Shown: positions 1-10,808, numbered from the stretch's first letter. The stretch is 64,000 bases of DNA from an uncultured Erysipelotrichaceae bacterium (GCA_902777015.1 CACYSA010000006.1:33502-97501), one strand, 5' to 3'. Made by a program: numbers and translations. Notes: generated by a model not told the origin, from the sequence alone.

Positions 1-483
1 CACCACCGGTTGAGAAGCCTGTGCTTGTTTTAACAAAGTCAGCACCTGCTTCTTTAGCGGCTTTACATGCACGAACGATTTCATCGTTATTTAATAAGCA
101 TGTTTCAATAATAACTTTAAGAATGATTTTAGAGCCAACTGCTTGTTTGATTTCTCTAATCTCTTCTCTAACATAGTCATCATGACCCGCTTTTAACATA
201 CCGACATTGATAACCATATCAACTTCTTGAGCGCCTTCTTTAACGGCTAAAACTGCTTCTTCTACTTTGGTTTTTGTTAAGTTCATACCAAGAGGGAAAC
301 CAATAACGGTACAGACTTTAACGTCACTACCTTGAAGTTGAGATGCCGCTAATGGGACATAGGCAGGATTGACACAAACAGACATGAAGTCATAATGTTT
401 AGCTTCTTCACAAAGTTTAACGATTTGTTCTGGAGTAGCATCCTGCTTTAAAAGTGTATGGTCGATTAATTTATTGTAATTCA
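1..483 (-). CDS. deoC: Deoxyribose-phosphate aldolase, N-terminal part only; the C-terminus runs off the window start
   Basis: Reverse-complement translation from the ATG at 483 gives [22 protein letters not shown]..., which matches the DeoC N-terminus, and continues in frame to position 1. Confidence 0.6.
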
Positions 484-527
484 TAATTACGCTCCTTCTT
501 TAAGCACTATATTATAACACAAAAAGA

Positions 528-558
528 AAAAGTCCCGTTAAGGACTTATCTTCAAAGT
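528..558 (-). terminator. Rho-independent terminator downstream of rpmF
   Basis: Minus-strand hairpin AAGTCCTTAACGGGACTT followed by a TTTCTTTTT run. Confidence 0.4.
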
Positions 559-568
559 TTAGAAAAAC

Positions 569-838
569 TTACTTTTCTTCTTTTTTAGCGGCTTTTTTAG
601 CGGCTGGTTTTTTAGCAGCAGCTTTCTTAGCTGGAGCGGCTGGTTTTTCTTCTTTAACGAGTTTACCGTTTACGAGAACAGCTTTGCCGGCATAGTAGCC
701 ACATTTTGGACAAACGTGATGGGCTTTGATCATTGCACCACATTGTGGGCATGTGACTAAACCTGTAACGCTTAATTTGAAATGTGTTCTTCTTAATCTT
801 TTTCTTGTCTTACTAATTCTTCTTTGTGGGACGGCCAT
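569..838 (-). CDS. rpmF: 50S ribosomal protein L32 with a Lys/Ala-rich C-terminal extension
   Basis: [22 protein letters not shown] and a CPQCG...CPKCG zinc ribbon, typical of Firmicutes L32. The roughly 30-aa KKAAAKK tail is an extension. Confidence 0.85.
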   Translation of the reverse strand: MAVPQRRISKTRKRLRRTHFKLSVTGLVTCPQCGAMIKAHHVCPKCGYYAGKAVLVNGKLVKEEKPAAPAKKAAAKKPAAKKAAKKEEK

Positions 839-928
839 TGTGTCTTCCTCCTTAGCAACGGGAATTAGTATATATAAATAGTACTATTTAGTCAATAGAT
901 TTTTAGACATCTTCTAAATAATTGTAAT

Positions 929-2200
929 TTATTTCGATACAATCAAATCTTTTGTTAAGATAATTGTTTCAAACTGTCCTACCTTAGATTCCTTTGGAAT
1001 CTTCACCTCTAAATAATTTGATGTATGACCAACATATGCTTGGAGATTTTCATCATATTTTTCCACTAAAACGCTGATTTCTTGACCGATGAATCTATTC
1101 GCGTATTTTCCATATAACTGATCACTTAAGGCAATGAGTCTCTTACTTCTTTCTTTTTTCACTTCTGGAGATATTTGTTCATCCATTCTCGCGGCCACTG
1201 TACCTGGGCGCGCACTATATGGAAAAACATGTAACATATCAAAGCACTCTTCACATAGATGATATGTATCCATAAAGTCTTCTTCTGTTTCATGAGGGAA
1301 GCCAACGATGACATCACCTGAAATCATCACGTTAGGCACTAATGATTTGATTTGTTTAACACGTGAGATAAATTGTTCTCTTGTGTATTTGCGGTTCATG
1401 AGTTTTAAGATTTTATTTGAGCCACTTTGAAGTGGGATATGTAAATGTTTAGCGAGGTTATCTTTTTCTTTGACAAGATTGATTAATTGATCATCAATTT
1501 CACTTTCTTCGATAGAAGAGATTCTTAAGCTCTTTAAATTAGGTATTTCTAATAATTCGTTAATTAATGAAGAGAAAGAGCAATCTTTTAAATCTTGACC
1601 ATAACCACCGACATGGATGCCAGAAAGAACGATTTCTTGATAACCTTGCTCAACAAGATATTTAGCTTCATTTATGACATTATCTTTATTTCTCGAGCGC
1701 ATTTTTCCTCTTCTATAAGGAACGATGCAATAGGTGCAGAAGTTATTGCAACCATCTTGGACTTTAAGGAACGCTCTAACGTTATCGGTATAAGATGTAA
1801 TGCCTAATTCTTCATATTCGTATTGTCTGGTATTTTCTTCGATGACTTTATAGTTACCACCATCTTTTAAGGCTTTATTAATGAGTTCAACAACATCTCT
1901 TCTATGAGATGTGCCTAAAAGAATTGTAGGTTTAATTTCTTCTTCGATAAATTTATGATTTCCTTGTGCGTAACAACCCATTACTGCGATGACAGCATGA
2001 GGGTATAATTTTTGCATTTTACGGATGTGTTGACGTGATTTTTGATCCGCTGTTGCGGTCACTGAACAAGTGTTAATAATGACCACATCTGGATTAGTAT
2101 TATCTTCCTTAAAGCCTTCTTTGATTAATAACGAAGAAATAGCGCTTAATTCATAAGCGTTGACTTTACAACCAATGTTAATAACGGAAAATGTTTTCAT
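929..2200 (-). CDS. mtaB: MiaB-family radical-SAM tRNA methylthiotransferase (MtaB-like)
   Basis: N-terminal MTTase domain (INTCSVT) and radical SAM motif CNNFCTYCIVP. At 423 aa and next to rsmE, it resembles the yqeV context. The symbol is tentative. Confidence 0.7.
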   Translation of the reverse strand: MKTFSVINIGCKVNAYELSAISSLLIKEGFKEDNTNPDVVIINTCSVTATADQKSRQHIRKMQKLYPHAVIAVMGCYAQGNHKFIEEEIKPTILLGTSHRRDVVELINKALKDGGNYKVIEENTRQYEYEELGITSYTDNVRAFLKVQDGCNNFCTYCIVPYRRGKMRSRNKDNVINEAKYLVEQGYQEIVLSGIHVGGYGQDLKDCSFSSLINELLEIPNLKSLRISSIEESEIDDQLINLVKEKDNLAKHLHIPLQSGSNKILKLMNRKYTREQFISRVKQIKSLVPNVMISGDVIVGFPHETEEDFMDTYHLCEECFDMLHVFPYSARPGTVAARMDEQISPEVKKERSKRLIALSDQLYGKYANRFIGQEISVLVEKYDENLQAYVGHTSNYLEVKIPKESKVGQFETIILTKDLIVSK

Positions 2201-2979
2201 GCTCTAATTAAATCACGGAAGTGAATTAGTCTTACTAATGTTGAAGAAATAAAGCCATTTTCAAATAAAGCTTGGATAAATTCTTCTCTATCAAAATTGA
2301 AATATGCTTCCACGACTGGCTTAATTCTTTCTAACATATGAGCGTAGTTAGGATGTCTTAAATAGCGGTCAAATAAAACGACTGTACCATCTAATCGACC
2401 TTGCTCATTAACAAAATAAATCGTATTAGTGTCGTAATGGAAAAAGGCTGTTTCTTTATCATCTTGTTTAATTTTCACAAGTCTAGAAAAATGCGAGTTA
2501 TATAATTCACTACCATAGACATCAAATGGGTCGATGACTGTGTCTTGGAATTTATCTTTTAAACCAGCGTAAGGAGAGGTTAATAACTTCTCAGGTTCAT
2601 CAAAGTAAATTTGATTTAATGTTCTTGTAAAAAACGGGATATAAATCTTCTTTTGACCTTCTTGATAATATGGCTGTTCAGAAATAATTTCATGTAATGA
2701 TTTAACGAAATTAGCGTGAGCGTTTTTATTATTGGAATTGATATAGCTTTGTAAGTTTTCCGCTTCTTGTTCCATCAATGTTTTATTGATATAGCCGTAA
2801 AGGACGACATTAGCGCGCATAACATTGAATGGTTCATCACCTGGCTCATAGAAAAATGTAAAACGTGGAATCTTAGTTAATAAGTGACGGTTATCTAAAA
2901 AGAAGCGATATTCTTCGCTTTGTTCAAAAGCTGTTCTTTTTTTAGCTTTAGCAGCGATGTATTTCAATAACTTTTTCAT
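2197..2979 (-). CDS. Hypothetical protein
   Basis: Long ORF translationally coupled (4-bp overlaps) with rsmE and the methylthiotransferase. No recognisable motif. Confidence 0.45.
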   Translation of the reverse strand: MKKLLKYIAAKAKKRTAFEQSEEYRFFLDNRHLLTKIPRFTFFYEPGDEPFNVMRANVVLYGYINKTLMEQEAENLQSYINSNNKNAHANFVKSLHEIISEQPYYQEGQKKIYIPFFTRTLNQIYFDEPEKLLTSPYAGLKDKFQDTVIDPFDVYGSELYNSHFSRLVKIKQDDKETAFFHYDTNTIYFVNEQGRLDGTVVLFDRYLRHPNYAHMLERIKPVVEAYFNFDREEFIQALFENGFISSTLVRLIHFRDLIRA

Positions 2980-3689
2980 CTTTCTAATAAATATCCTATC
3001 ACACTTAAAGCATAGATGGCGGCGGTTTCAGCGCGTAATATGCGCTTACCTAAAGAAGTTCTAATAAAACCTTGATTGACTAACATATCAATTTCTTCTT
3101 TAGAAAAGCCACCTTCAGGACCAACAAGGATGGTAACAGATTTACCTTTTGTTAAGCCTTTAAAAGAACCTTCGACATCATTAGCATCTTTTTCATAAGC
3201 GACATAATTTAAGTCACTATAAATTTCTTTTGGTAATTTCTTTAAGTTATAGATACCTAATAAAGTTGGGACCACTAAACGATGCGATTGTTCACTCGCT
3301 TCTTTCATGATCTTTTGATAGCGGGCACATTTCTTAGCGATATCTTTTTCTTCGTAACGGACCACTGTTCTTTCACTTTGGATTAAAGCGATCTTTTTCA
3401 CACCTAATTCAGTGGCTTTTTGCACCACTAAATCTGTTCTATCACCCTTGGTGAGAGCAAATAACAATGTCACATCTTCATTAAGTTCTACATCGCTATT
3501 TATTTCATGAACAATATAGATATTTAATGGATTAACATTTTCTATACGACATAAAAAGAGTTTGTCATTAGCGACAACTTCAATTTCATCATCCTTTTTC
3601 ATGCGCATGACATTGAGAAGGTGATGTTCATCTTCACTTTCTAATTTGACGTGTTCTTTATCGAGTAAAGAAGCAAAATATCTTTGCAT
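2976..3689 (-). CDS. rsmE: 16S rRNA (uracil1498-N3)-methyltransferase RsmE
   Basis: C-terminal GPEGGFSKEEI motif and about 237 aa, as in the RsmE/SPOUT family. Confidence 0.8.
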   Translation of the reverse strand: MQRYFASLLDKEHVKLESEDEHHLLNVMRMKKDDEIEVVANDKLFLCRIENVNPLNIYIVHEINSDVELNEDVTLLFALTKGDRTDLVVQKATELGVKKIALIQSERTVVRYEEKDIAKKCARYQKIMKEASEQSHRLVVPTLLGIYNLKKLPKEIYSDLNYVAYEKDANDVEGSFKGLTKGKSVTILVGPEGGFSKEEIDMLVNQGFIRTSLGKRILRAETAAIYALSVIGYLLER

Positions 3690-4129
3690 TAGACGATGAA
3701 TTCTCCTTCGCCGTCTTTTAAATTAGGTAAGAAATTGTATATTGAACCAACAATCGCATTAATAGCGTAAACCACAATGAATGGAATAATAATCGCTAAA
3801 GCGATATGTGCATGAATAGCAAAATAGAATAAAGCAAATAGGCCACCGATAATAACTAAGTTAGCCACTAACCAAATCAATCCCATCACTGCTTTTTTAA
3901 TATAAAAGAATGGAGCGCCAGTAAAACCAAGAGCAAAGAAAAGAACGATCATGCTCTTACGGCGTCTAACGACTTTTTGGCCTTCCTTCATTTGATTTAA
4001 ATCAATTTGAGAAGTGACTTCAACAGTTTCGCTATCGATACCTTGTAATGGGTTCTTAATACCACATACTGGGCATAAATCTGAATCGAATTTTGTTAAT
4101 CTTGCTCCACAGTTACGACAATTTGGCAT
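3689..4129 (-). CDS. Zinc-ribbon / TM2-domain membrane protein
   Basis: A CxxC...CxxC zinc ribbon (NCRNCG...CPVCG) is followed by two TM helices with a TM2-like glycine pattern. The start was moved to an internal Met (MPNCRNCG). Confidence 0.45.
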   Translation of the reverse strand: MPNCRNCGARLTKFDSDLCPVCGIKNPLQGIDSETVEVTSQIDLNQMKEGQKVVRRRKSMIVLFFALGFTGAPFFYIKKAVMGLIWLVANLVIIGGLFALFYFAIHAHIALAIIIPFIVVYAINAIVGSIYNFLPNLKDGEGEFIV

Positions 4130-4327
4130 ACTCTTTTTACTCTTAATTAGTTTACTAATAATTGAAATGAAAAGCACGAACCTTTTTGACAAAAGTTGTG
4201 CTGTGAATATATTGTAATCAAAAGATGATGAATAAGACAACAAATATTATTAAAATATTTTAAAATCTGTATTGCTAAGTCGAAATCTTTTCTATATAAT
4301 AATAACTCGCTTGCTAAGTAAGCGATT

Positions 4328-4405
4328 TGGCTGGATAGCTCAGCTGGCTAGAGCAATCGGTTCATACCCGGTCGGTCGACGGTTCGAATCCGCCTCCAGC
4401 TACCA
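4328..4405 (+). tRNA. tRNA-Met (anticodon CAT)
   Basis: Cloverleaf is readable: 7-bp acceptor stem, anticodon loop TTCATAC, T-loop GGTTCGAATCC and encoded CCA. Confidence 0.8.
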
Positions 4406-4416
4406 AATGAAGATTA

Positions 4417-4449
4417 CAGTTCCGTGAAAAATCGGAACTGTTTTTTTTG
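4417..4449 (+). terminator. Rho-independent terminator after tRNA-Met
   Basis: CAGTTCCG-loop-CGGAACTG hairpin followed by a T8 run. Confidence 0.65.
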
Positions 4450-4563
4450 CACTCAAAAATGAATTACAATAGAAGTATCTATTTAAGAAAAGTTGTTTAT
4501 GTTTCGTTTAAGGTTATTTAGTTATATTTCTTTAAAGAAAACATCAAAGAAGGAAATTAGATT

Positions 4564-6588
4564 ATGAAAAGCTCCCTAAACAAATTATCTTTACTTTTAA
4601 TTAGTATTGCTTTGATGAGTGGCTGCACTCGTCCGATTGCTAGTTCTTTAGACAATAATTCAAGTAACCCTAGTTCTTCTAGTGTGGAAGAAAAAATAAG
4701 CTCTTCTAATAATAGGAGCGAAAATAATACAACAAGTAGCGCAATTAGTAGTTCTTCAATTATGCCCACCACTAGCGTTAACACTAATCCTAATAATTGT
4801 AGTAATCATGAATTAGAAGAGACAGTAACTAAAGAAGCAACGATTATCGATAAAGGCGTTAAGCATTTTAAATGTCCTAACTGCCATGCTGAATTTGATG
4901 ATTATTTCTATAAACTAGATGAATTTGCGTTTGAAGACACCACTTTCATGGATGATGGTAACGAACATCAAATATTCATCAGTGGTCTTCTTCCTTATGG
5001 TTGCTCTGTTAAATATGAAAACAATACCTTAAAAGGTATTGGTTCTAAAGAAGCCACTGCGAAAATCTATGATGAAAACAACAATCTTCTTTTAGAAAAG
5101 AAAGCAAAAATCAATATCGTTCAAAATATTGGTTTACCAAATATCAAAATTGTGACTGAAGATGGTGCTGATCCTGATTGGCATTCAGTTAACGGAGAAA
5201 GACCATACAAGAACATGAACGTTTCTATTGATAACTGCGATTCCGCCTATGTTAAAAACAATATTGCGGGCGAGATTAAAGTAAGAGGCAATTCCACTAA
5301 TCAAGAATCTGTCGCTAAAAGAGCATTTCGTTTAAAGTTTTCTAGTAAAAATAATTTATTAGGTTTAAATAATGGTATTAAAGAAAAGAGCTGGGTCTTA
5401 TTAGCGGATTTCTTTGATCAATCTAGATTCCGTAATGAAACAGCCTTCACTATTGGTAATTCCTTATTTAATTATTCTGGTTTCTATTCTTCAGATTTTA
5501 AACATGTCACTTTATATATGAATGGGGAAAACCGTGGCGTTTACCTTTTAGCGGAACAACAACAAGCTAAAAAGGAACGTATCCCAATTAATGAGCCAGA
5601 AGACGCTAGTACGGTTAAGACTGGTTATTTAATTGAAATTGATGGTTTAGCCAGTCAAAACGGTAAGATTAATAACGATACTCATATCGGTACTCACGAA
5701 GGTGACCCATTCTTCACTACTGGTACAAGCTCTACAGGTGGCATGTCTGGAGGCTGGGGAGGCCAAGGCGAAGACTCCATTAACGGCGTTAATATCACAG
5801 ATAAAGCATATGTTATTAAAACCGATGTCTTTGGTGATGAACAAGTGCCATTTATTAGAGATTACACAAATAACGTTTTAAAGGCATTTAAAGGTTTGCT
5901 TAAAGGTGAAACAAGGCTAATTGTGGATGAAAACGGTGAACTTAAAGACAGCCCATACACCACTCAATACGAGACATTAAATTCTTATATTGATTTAGAT
6001 TCATTCTTTAGAATGTATGTTTTACAAGAATATTTAAAAGACTACGATGTCGGTTGGGGCAGTTTCTATATGTATGTTGATTTCTCCTCTAATAGTAAAG
6101 TTAAACGTTTAACCATGGGCGCGCCATGGGACTTTGACTTAGGTTTAGGTAATAAGCAAGGCTCCGGTGGCTGGGGAGGCTATGGAGGTCAAGGAGGAAG
6201 TAGCAGCGATAAAGATATCCCTACTTCTGGCATTTCCTCCACTAAAGACAATTTCTTAAATAGCAATGAGTACACTAACGGCATGACCACATTTAATCCT
6301 TGGTTATATATGCTTAGTCAAACTGATTTCTTCCAAAATATGATTAAAAAGTATTATTCTATTTTTGATAAGTCTAATATTTATGAAAGAGTGATAAGCA
6401 ATATAGCTTATGAACGCGTTGCCTTTGCGGAATCATTTAATGATAACCATGCTCGATATGGGAAAGGTTCATCTGGTTCAACATTAATGCAAACTAGACA
6501 GTATGATTCTCATAAAGACGCCACTGACTATTTAATCAAATGGTTAGGCGAAAGAAAGGCTTATTTAGATCAAAATTGGGGTAAATAG
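4564..6588 (+). CDS. CotH-like (atypical kinase fold) surface lipoprotein with Gly-rich inserts
   Basis: Lipobox LMSGC. Central block FRLKF...W.LL.....Q...RN..A......LFN......V.LY.NG...G.Y.L.EQQQ recalls the CotH family. Two GGWGGxGG glycine-rich insertions are present. Confidence 0.5.
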   Translation: MKSSLNKLSLLLISIALMSGCTRPIASSLDNNSSNPSSSSVEEKISSSNNRSENNTTSSAISSSSIMPTTSVNTNPNNCSNHELEETVTKEATIIDKGVKHFKCPNCHAEFDDYFYKLDEFAFEDTTFMDDGNEHQIFISGLLPYGCSVKYENNTLKGIGSKEATAKIYDENNNLLLEKKAKINIVQNIGLPNIKIVTEDGADPDWHSVNGERPYKNMNVSIDNCDSAYVKNNIAGEIKVRGNSTNQESVAKRAFRLKFSSKNNLLGLNNGIKEKSWVLLADFFDQSRFRNETAFTIGNSLFNYSGFYSSDFKHVTLYMNGENRGVYLLAEQQQAKKERIPINEPEDASTVKTGYLIEIDGLASQNGKINNDTHIGTHEGDPFFTTGTSSTGGMSGGWGGQGEDSINGVNITDKAYVIKTDVFGDEQVPFIRDYTNNVLKAFKGLLKGETRLIVDENGELKDSPYTTQYETLNSYIDLDSFFRMYVLQEYLKDYDVGWGSFYMYVDFSSNSKVKRLTMGAPWDFDLGLGNKQGSGGWGGYGGQGGSSSDKDIPTSGISSTKDNFLNSNEYTNGMTTFNPWLYMLSQTDFFQNMIKKYYSIFDKSNIYERVISNIAYERVAFAESFNDNHARYGKGSSGSTLMQTRQYDSHKDATDYLIKWLGERKAYLDQNWGK

Positions 6589-8381
6589 TGAAAATTAAAC
6601 AAATAGCGTATTTATCATTATTAACGATTTTACTTGCTAGTTGTAACACTACCGCTAGTTCTTCTTTAGAACAGCCTTCTTCTCATAATGAAAGTAGTCA
6701 CACTACTTCAAAAACAAGTGAAACACCAACTTGTGACCATGATTTTGTTTTACAAGGTAATGTCGATGACGTGCCAACGATTATTAAGGCTAATGGCAGA
6801 GAATATGTTTGTTCAAAATGTGGCGCGAGTAAATATGAAGGAGCAAGTTACGATTTAAATGAATACGCTTTTAAAGATCAAACTTTTGTTTATGATGGCC
6901 AAGAACATAAGCTTGTCATTAAGGGCATGATTCCTTATGGCTGCACTGTGGAATATGAGAATAACAATCTCGAAGAGATTGGTAGTAAAGAAGCTATCGC
7001 TAGAATCTATGACAGTAATCATAAATTAATTGATCAAAAGAAGGCCACTATTAATATTATTGAAAACACTGGTTTATATAACATTTATGTCGATACATCT
7101 AATGTTGAAATAGTTTCTAAAAAAGATTATGTTCCGATGACTTTATCGACTGATAATTGTCCTGAAATATATAAAAAGAACGGCCTTACTGGTGGTATTA
7201 GATGCCGTGGCAATGGCACATATACATATGACAAGAAAGCATTCCGCATTAAATTTGATAGTAAAGCGAATATGTTTGGCTTAAATGATAATGCGAAAAC
7301 TAAAAGCTGGGTCCTATTAGCGGAATATGCTGACCAATCTATGGTAAGAAATATGACTGCCTTATATATGGGCAATTCATTATTTAATTATTCAAATAAT
7401 TATGCTTCTGATTATATGCCTGTTAATTTATATCTTAACGGTAAATATCATGGTCTATACGTTTTAGCGGAGCAACAACAGGCTAATAATAACCGTATTA
7501 TAATTAATGAAGCGGCCACTGATTATAAGGGCACTGATATTGGTTATTTAATAGAACTTGATAGCAAAGCGGATGAAGAAGATTATTACATCACTGTGGG
7601 TAAAATTAATTCTTCTACTTGGGGACAACAAAGTGGCGACCCATTAGATGGTGTGATGATACCTGGTAAAAAATACGCGATTAAGACAGATTGCTATTCT
7701 GACACTCAAGTTAATTTTGCTAGTAAATATCTAAATAATGTCTATTACGCTTTATATAAAGCGGTACACGGAGATGGCTTATTTGTTTTAGATGAAAACA
7801 ATGATTTAAAAGCTTCTCCATATAAGAGCCAATATGAAACACTTAATTCCATCATTGATTTAGAATCAGTCTTTAAGATGTATCTATTATGTGAATATAT
7901 GAAAGATATCGATGTTGGTTATGGTAGTTTTTATATGTGGGTGGATTTCTCCTCCACTAGTATTTATAAGCGTTTAACTTTTGGTGCACCTTGGGATTTT
8001 GACTGGAGCAGCGGTAATGTGAAAGACACATATGTTTCTAGTAGCTCTGGAGAATATAATTCACAAGCAAGAGGCAATTATAATCCTTGGTTCTTTATGT
8101 TTTCTAAAACAGATTTCTTTAAATCAATGTTTAAAAAATATTACAGTGTCTTCAAGAATTCACAAATCTTAGAAGGGGCGATTGATCAAGCAAATTATTA
8201 CGCCGCGGCTTATAAAAGTGAATATGAAAAGAACTACGCTAAATGGAAAAACTTAGGTCAAATTACTCCTGCTTACACTCCAGAAAGCGCTCGTAATTTC
8301 AAAAAGCATCAAGACGCTGTTGATTATCTTACAAATTGGTTAAAAAATAGAAAACAATCTCTCGATAACATATTCAAATAA
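6588..8381 (+). CDS. CotH-like surface lipoprotein, tandem paralog
   Basis: Lipobox LLASC. Collinear with the upstream gene and shares CotH-like blocks (AFRIKFDSK, WVLLAEYADQS, LYLNGKYHGLYVLAEQQQ). It lacks the Gly-rich inserts. Start overlaps the stop of the upstream gene. Confidence 0.5.
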   Translation: MKIKQIAYLSLLTILLASCNTTASSSLEQPSSHNESSHTTSKTSETPTCDHDFVLQGNVDDVPTIIKANGREYVCSKCGASKYEGASYDLNEYAFKDQTFVYDGQEHKLVIKGMIPYGCTVEYENNNLEEIGSKEAIARIYDSNHKLIDQKKATINIIENTGLYNIYVDTSNVEIVSKKDYVPMTLSTDNCPEIYKKNGLTGGIRCRGNGTYTYDKKAFRIKFDSKANMFGLNDNAKTKSWVLLAEYADQSMVRNMTALYMGNSLFNYSNNYASDYMPVNLYLNGKYHGLYVLAEQQQANNNRIIINEAATDYKGTDIGYLIELDSKADEEDYYITVGKINSSTWGQQSGDPLDGVMIPGKKYAIKTDCYSDTQVNFASKYLNNVYYALYKAVHGDGLFVLDENNDLKASPYKSQYETLNSIIDLESVFKMYLLCEYMKDIDVGYGSFYMWVDFSSTSIYKRLTFGAPWDFDWSSGNVKDTYVSSSSGEYNSQARGNYNPWFFMFSKTDFFKSMFKKYYSVFKNSQILEGAIDQANYYAAAYKSEYEKNYAKWKNLGQITPAYTPESARNFKKHQDAVDYLTNWLKNRKQSLDNIFK

Positions 8382-8473
8382 TAAGTGAGCAATTTTCTTG
8401 ATTAGAAGTATGCTTAGGAATATAATTTTTTGGCATGCTTAGATCAATTAGAAATTTATTTAAATCTCGTGAT

Positions 8474-9838
8474 ATGACAACCGGCAACTTGTTTGCCAAA
8501 ATCATCTTACTTGCCATTCCTGCAATGCTTGCGACAATGGCACAACTTTTATACACCACAATTGATTTAGCCACAGTGAGTGCTGGTGATGGCGCTGAAT
8601 CAATGGGCGCGATTGCTTCTAACACCGCTCTTATCAATTTAATTATTGTTGTTTTTACTGGCACTTCTTTAGGGGCTAATGTCATCCTTTCTGAAGCGAT
8701 GGGTGCAGGAAATAAAGAGAAAGCCAGTAATGTTTTACATAGCTCAATGTTGTTTGCTTTGATAAGCGGCATCTTTGTAGGCGTTTTAGGTTTCTTTATT
8801 AGCGATAACTTATTAGAGTTAATGGGTACAGAAGAACACTACTTTGCTAAAGCAGCGTTATATTTAAGAATATATTTCTGCGGTTTGCCTTTCTTAATGC
8901 TATTTAATTACGCCACTCAATTATTAAGAGCGCAAGGTGATTCACGTTCACCATTTTTAGCGTTAGTGATTTCTGGTTTAGTTAATGTCGGATTTGACTT
9001 CTTATTTGTTTTCCCAATGCATATGGGCGTAGCAGGTGTGGCTTTAGCCACAATTATTGCCGAAGCTATCTCCGCTTTGATATGTATCTTGTTCTTAATT
9101 TTTAGCAAGAAAAACTATGTCAATTTATCTTTAAAGAAACTTAAAATCCATTCCGAATTATTAGAAGTTTTAAAGATTGGTTTACCAGCGGGTTTGCAAG
9201 GTTTCTTCTTCTCTTTGCCTAATGTTTTTATTCAATCTTCCTTGTACACAATCGATCCAGGTAACGTTAATTTAGAAAACGGTGCGACTGCTTCTGGTAA
9301 CGTCGAAGGATATTTTTACGCGATATGTGATGCAATTGCGGTGTCAACGATGACATTTATTGCGGCGAATATCGGTGCGAAAAAGAAAGAGAATATTAAG
9401 AAATGCGCTTTCTATGGTTTGATATGGGGTGCAATATTCTGCGCGATTATTGCCATCGTTATTTTATTGTTCCATAAACCAATTCTTAGCTTATTTGTTA
9501 AAGAAAAAGAAGCCATTGATGCTGGTTACACTAGATTATCCATTATGGCGTATCTATATTTCTTTGACTTTGCTATGGCTTATACCGCAGCGGTATTACG
9601 TGGATTAAAAAGATCAACATTCCCAATGTTCACCACTTTGATATGCTGTACTGTATTAAGAATTGTTCTAATTCTTACTGTCTTTAATAATGTCGCTATG
9701 TTCCATACTGTCTTCTGGCTTTATATGCTCTTCCCAATTACTTGGGTTATCGCCACTACTTGTAACTGCGTAGCTTTAGCGGTATTTATGCCAAAAGACT
9801 TAAAGAAGCTTGAATTAAGCGAACAAACTAGAGAATAA
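8474..9838 (+). CDS. MATE-family efflux transporter
   Basis: Twelve predicted TM helices with MATE-like repeats. The start was taken at an internal Met (MTTGNLFAK). Confidence 0.7.
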   Translation: MTTGNLFAKIILLAIPAMLATMAQLLYTTIDLATVSAGDGAESMGAIASNTALINLIIVVFTGTSLGANVILSEAMGAGNKEKASNVLHSSMLFALISGIFVGVLGFFISDNLLELMGTEEHYFAKAALYLRIYFCGLPFLMLFNYATQLLRAQGDSRSPFLALVISGLVNVGFDFLFVFPMHMGVAGVALATIIAEAISALICILFLIFSKKNYVNLSLKKLKIHSELLEVLKIGLPAGLQGFFFSLPNVFIQSSLYTIDPGNVNLENGATASGNVEGYFYAICDAIAVSTMTFIAANIGAKKKENIKKCAFYGLIWGAIFCAIIAIVILLFHKPILSLFVKEKEAIDAGYTRLSIMAYLYFFDFAMAYTAAVLRGLKRSTFPMFTTLICCTVLRIVLILTVFNNVAMFHTVFWLYMLFPITWVIATTCNCVALAVFMPKDLKKLELSEQTRE

Positions 9839-9850
9839 AAAGCTTGGGGC

Positions 9851-10756
9851 TTACTCAAGCTCTTCTTTTATTTGTGCAGGTTGTTTTGATTTGAATTTTA
9901 TAAGCATCAATACCATAGAAGCCGCTAAAGCAACACATTCAAGCATCGTTCCTAAGACCTCTATAAAAATAAGACTTGAAGTTACAGAAGTATTATTTTG
10001 GGCTGTTTGAACGAATGTGAGTGATATAGAGGAAATATGAACTCCTAATACTGCTATCGCAACAAGTAAAGCGAGTCTACGACTAATTTTTTGCTTATTA
10101 TTAAAGAATGAGAAAATGAAAGATGGTATCATAGCGCCGATAATAACCAAACTTGAAACATCAAAAACAATAGCCTGCAAGGCAGTATAAAAATCAGAAA
10201 AACCATCCATAACCATAGATATTCTGATACCTGCTGTAAAATAAAGAATAAATGCTTGGAAAGCTATTGTCATTACTATGTAATAGAAAACATTATTTAG
10301 TTTTGAAGAGACAACGTAATCTTGTTCATTTTTTCTAAAAATAAACAAAGATAAAATAGCGAGAGCAACTGGCAAAAGACCAAAAAAGGCTTGGCCAAAA
10401 GCATATATTAGCCAGTACAATCTCATTTTGATGTCTTGTTCTGGATACATCGCTATTCGCATCATATCGGAAAGATTAAAAATTCGATATCCAAAATATA
10501 ATGTTGACGCGGCAATTAATAAAATTGACGGTACCAATGTATCTTTTTTATTCTTAAAAGCAAAAATTGTCAAGATAAGAGAAGGAATAGATAAAAATAA
10601 ATTTATCAAGCAAAAGATTAAAGCAGTTGTAAAATCTGAAGAATATCTTATTGACGATGAAGAAAAAGACACCGAATAGATTATAGAGACTATATCATAA
10701 AGCCCCACTAACAGCATTAATGTTAATCCTGCAAATAAAAAATACTTTTTACTCAT
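9851..10756 (-). CDS. Polytopic membrane protein, unknown function
   Basis: Eight or more hydrophobic helices. No motif recognised. Confidence 0.4.
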   Translation of the reverse strand: MSKKYFLFAGLTLMLLVGLYDIVSIIYSVSFSSSSIRYSSDFTTALIFCLINLFLSIPSLILTIFAFKNKKDTLVPSILLIAASTLYFGYRIFNLSDMMRIAMYPEQDIKMRLYWLIYAFGQAFFGLLPVALAILSLFIFRKNEQDYVVSSKLNNVFYYIVMTIAFQAFILYFTAGIRISMVMDGFSDFYTALQAIVFDVSSLVIIGAMIPSFIFSFFNNKQKISRRLALLVAIAVLGVHISSISLTFVQTAQNNTSVTSSLIFIEVLGTMLECVALAASMVLMLIKFKSKQPAQIKEELE

Positions 10757-10808
10757 AAAAAATACCTCAGTGACTAGTATAGCAAAAGTGTTGATTATAT
10801 CAATAATT

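Noticed and set aside
1595-1807. Small plus-strand ORFs inside minus-strand genes (for example 1595..1807, 4014..4217, 5647..5844, 7127..7375)
   Set aside because: They are antisense to well-supported genes and are short, with no RBS or conserved motifs.
8374-8772. ORF 8374..8772 (-)
   Set aside because: Antisense to the MATE transporter N-terminus.
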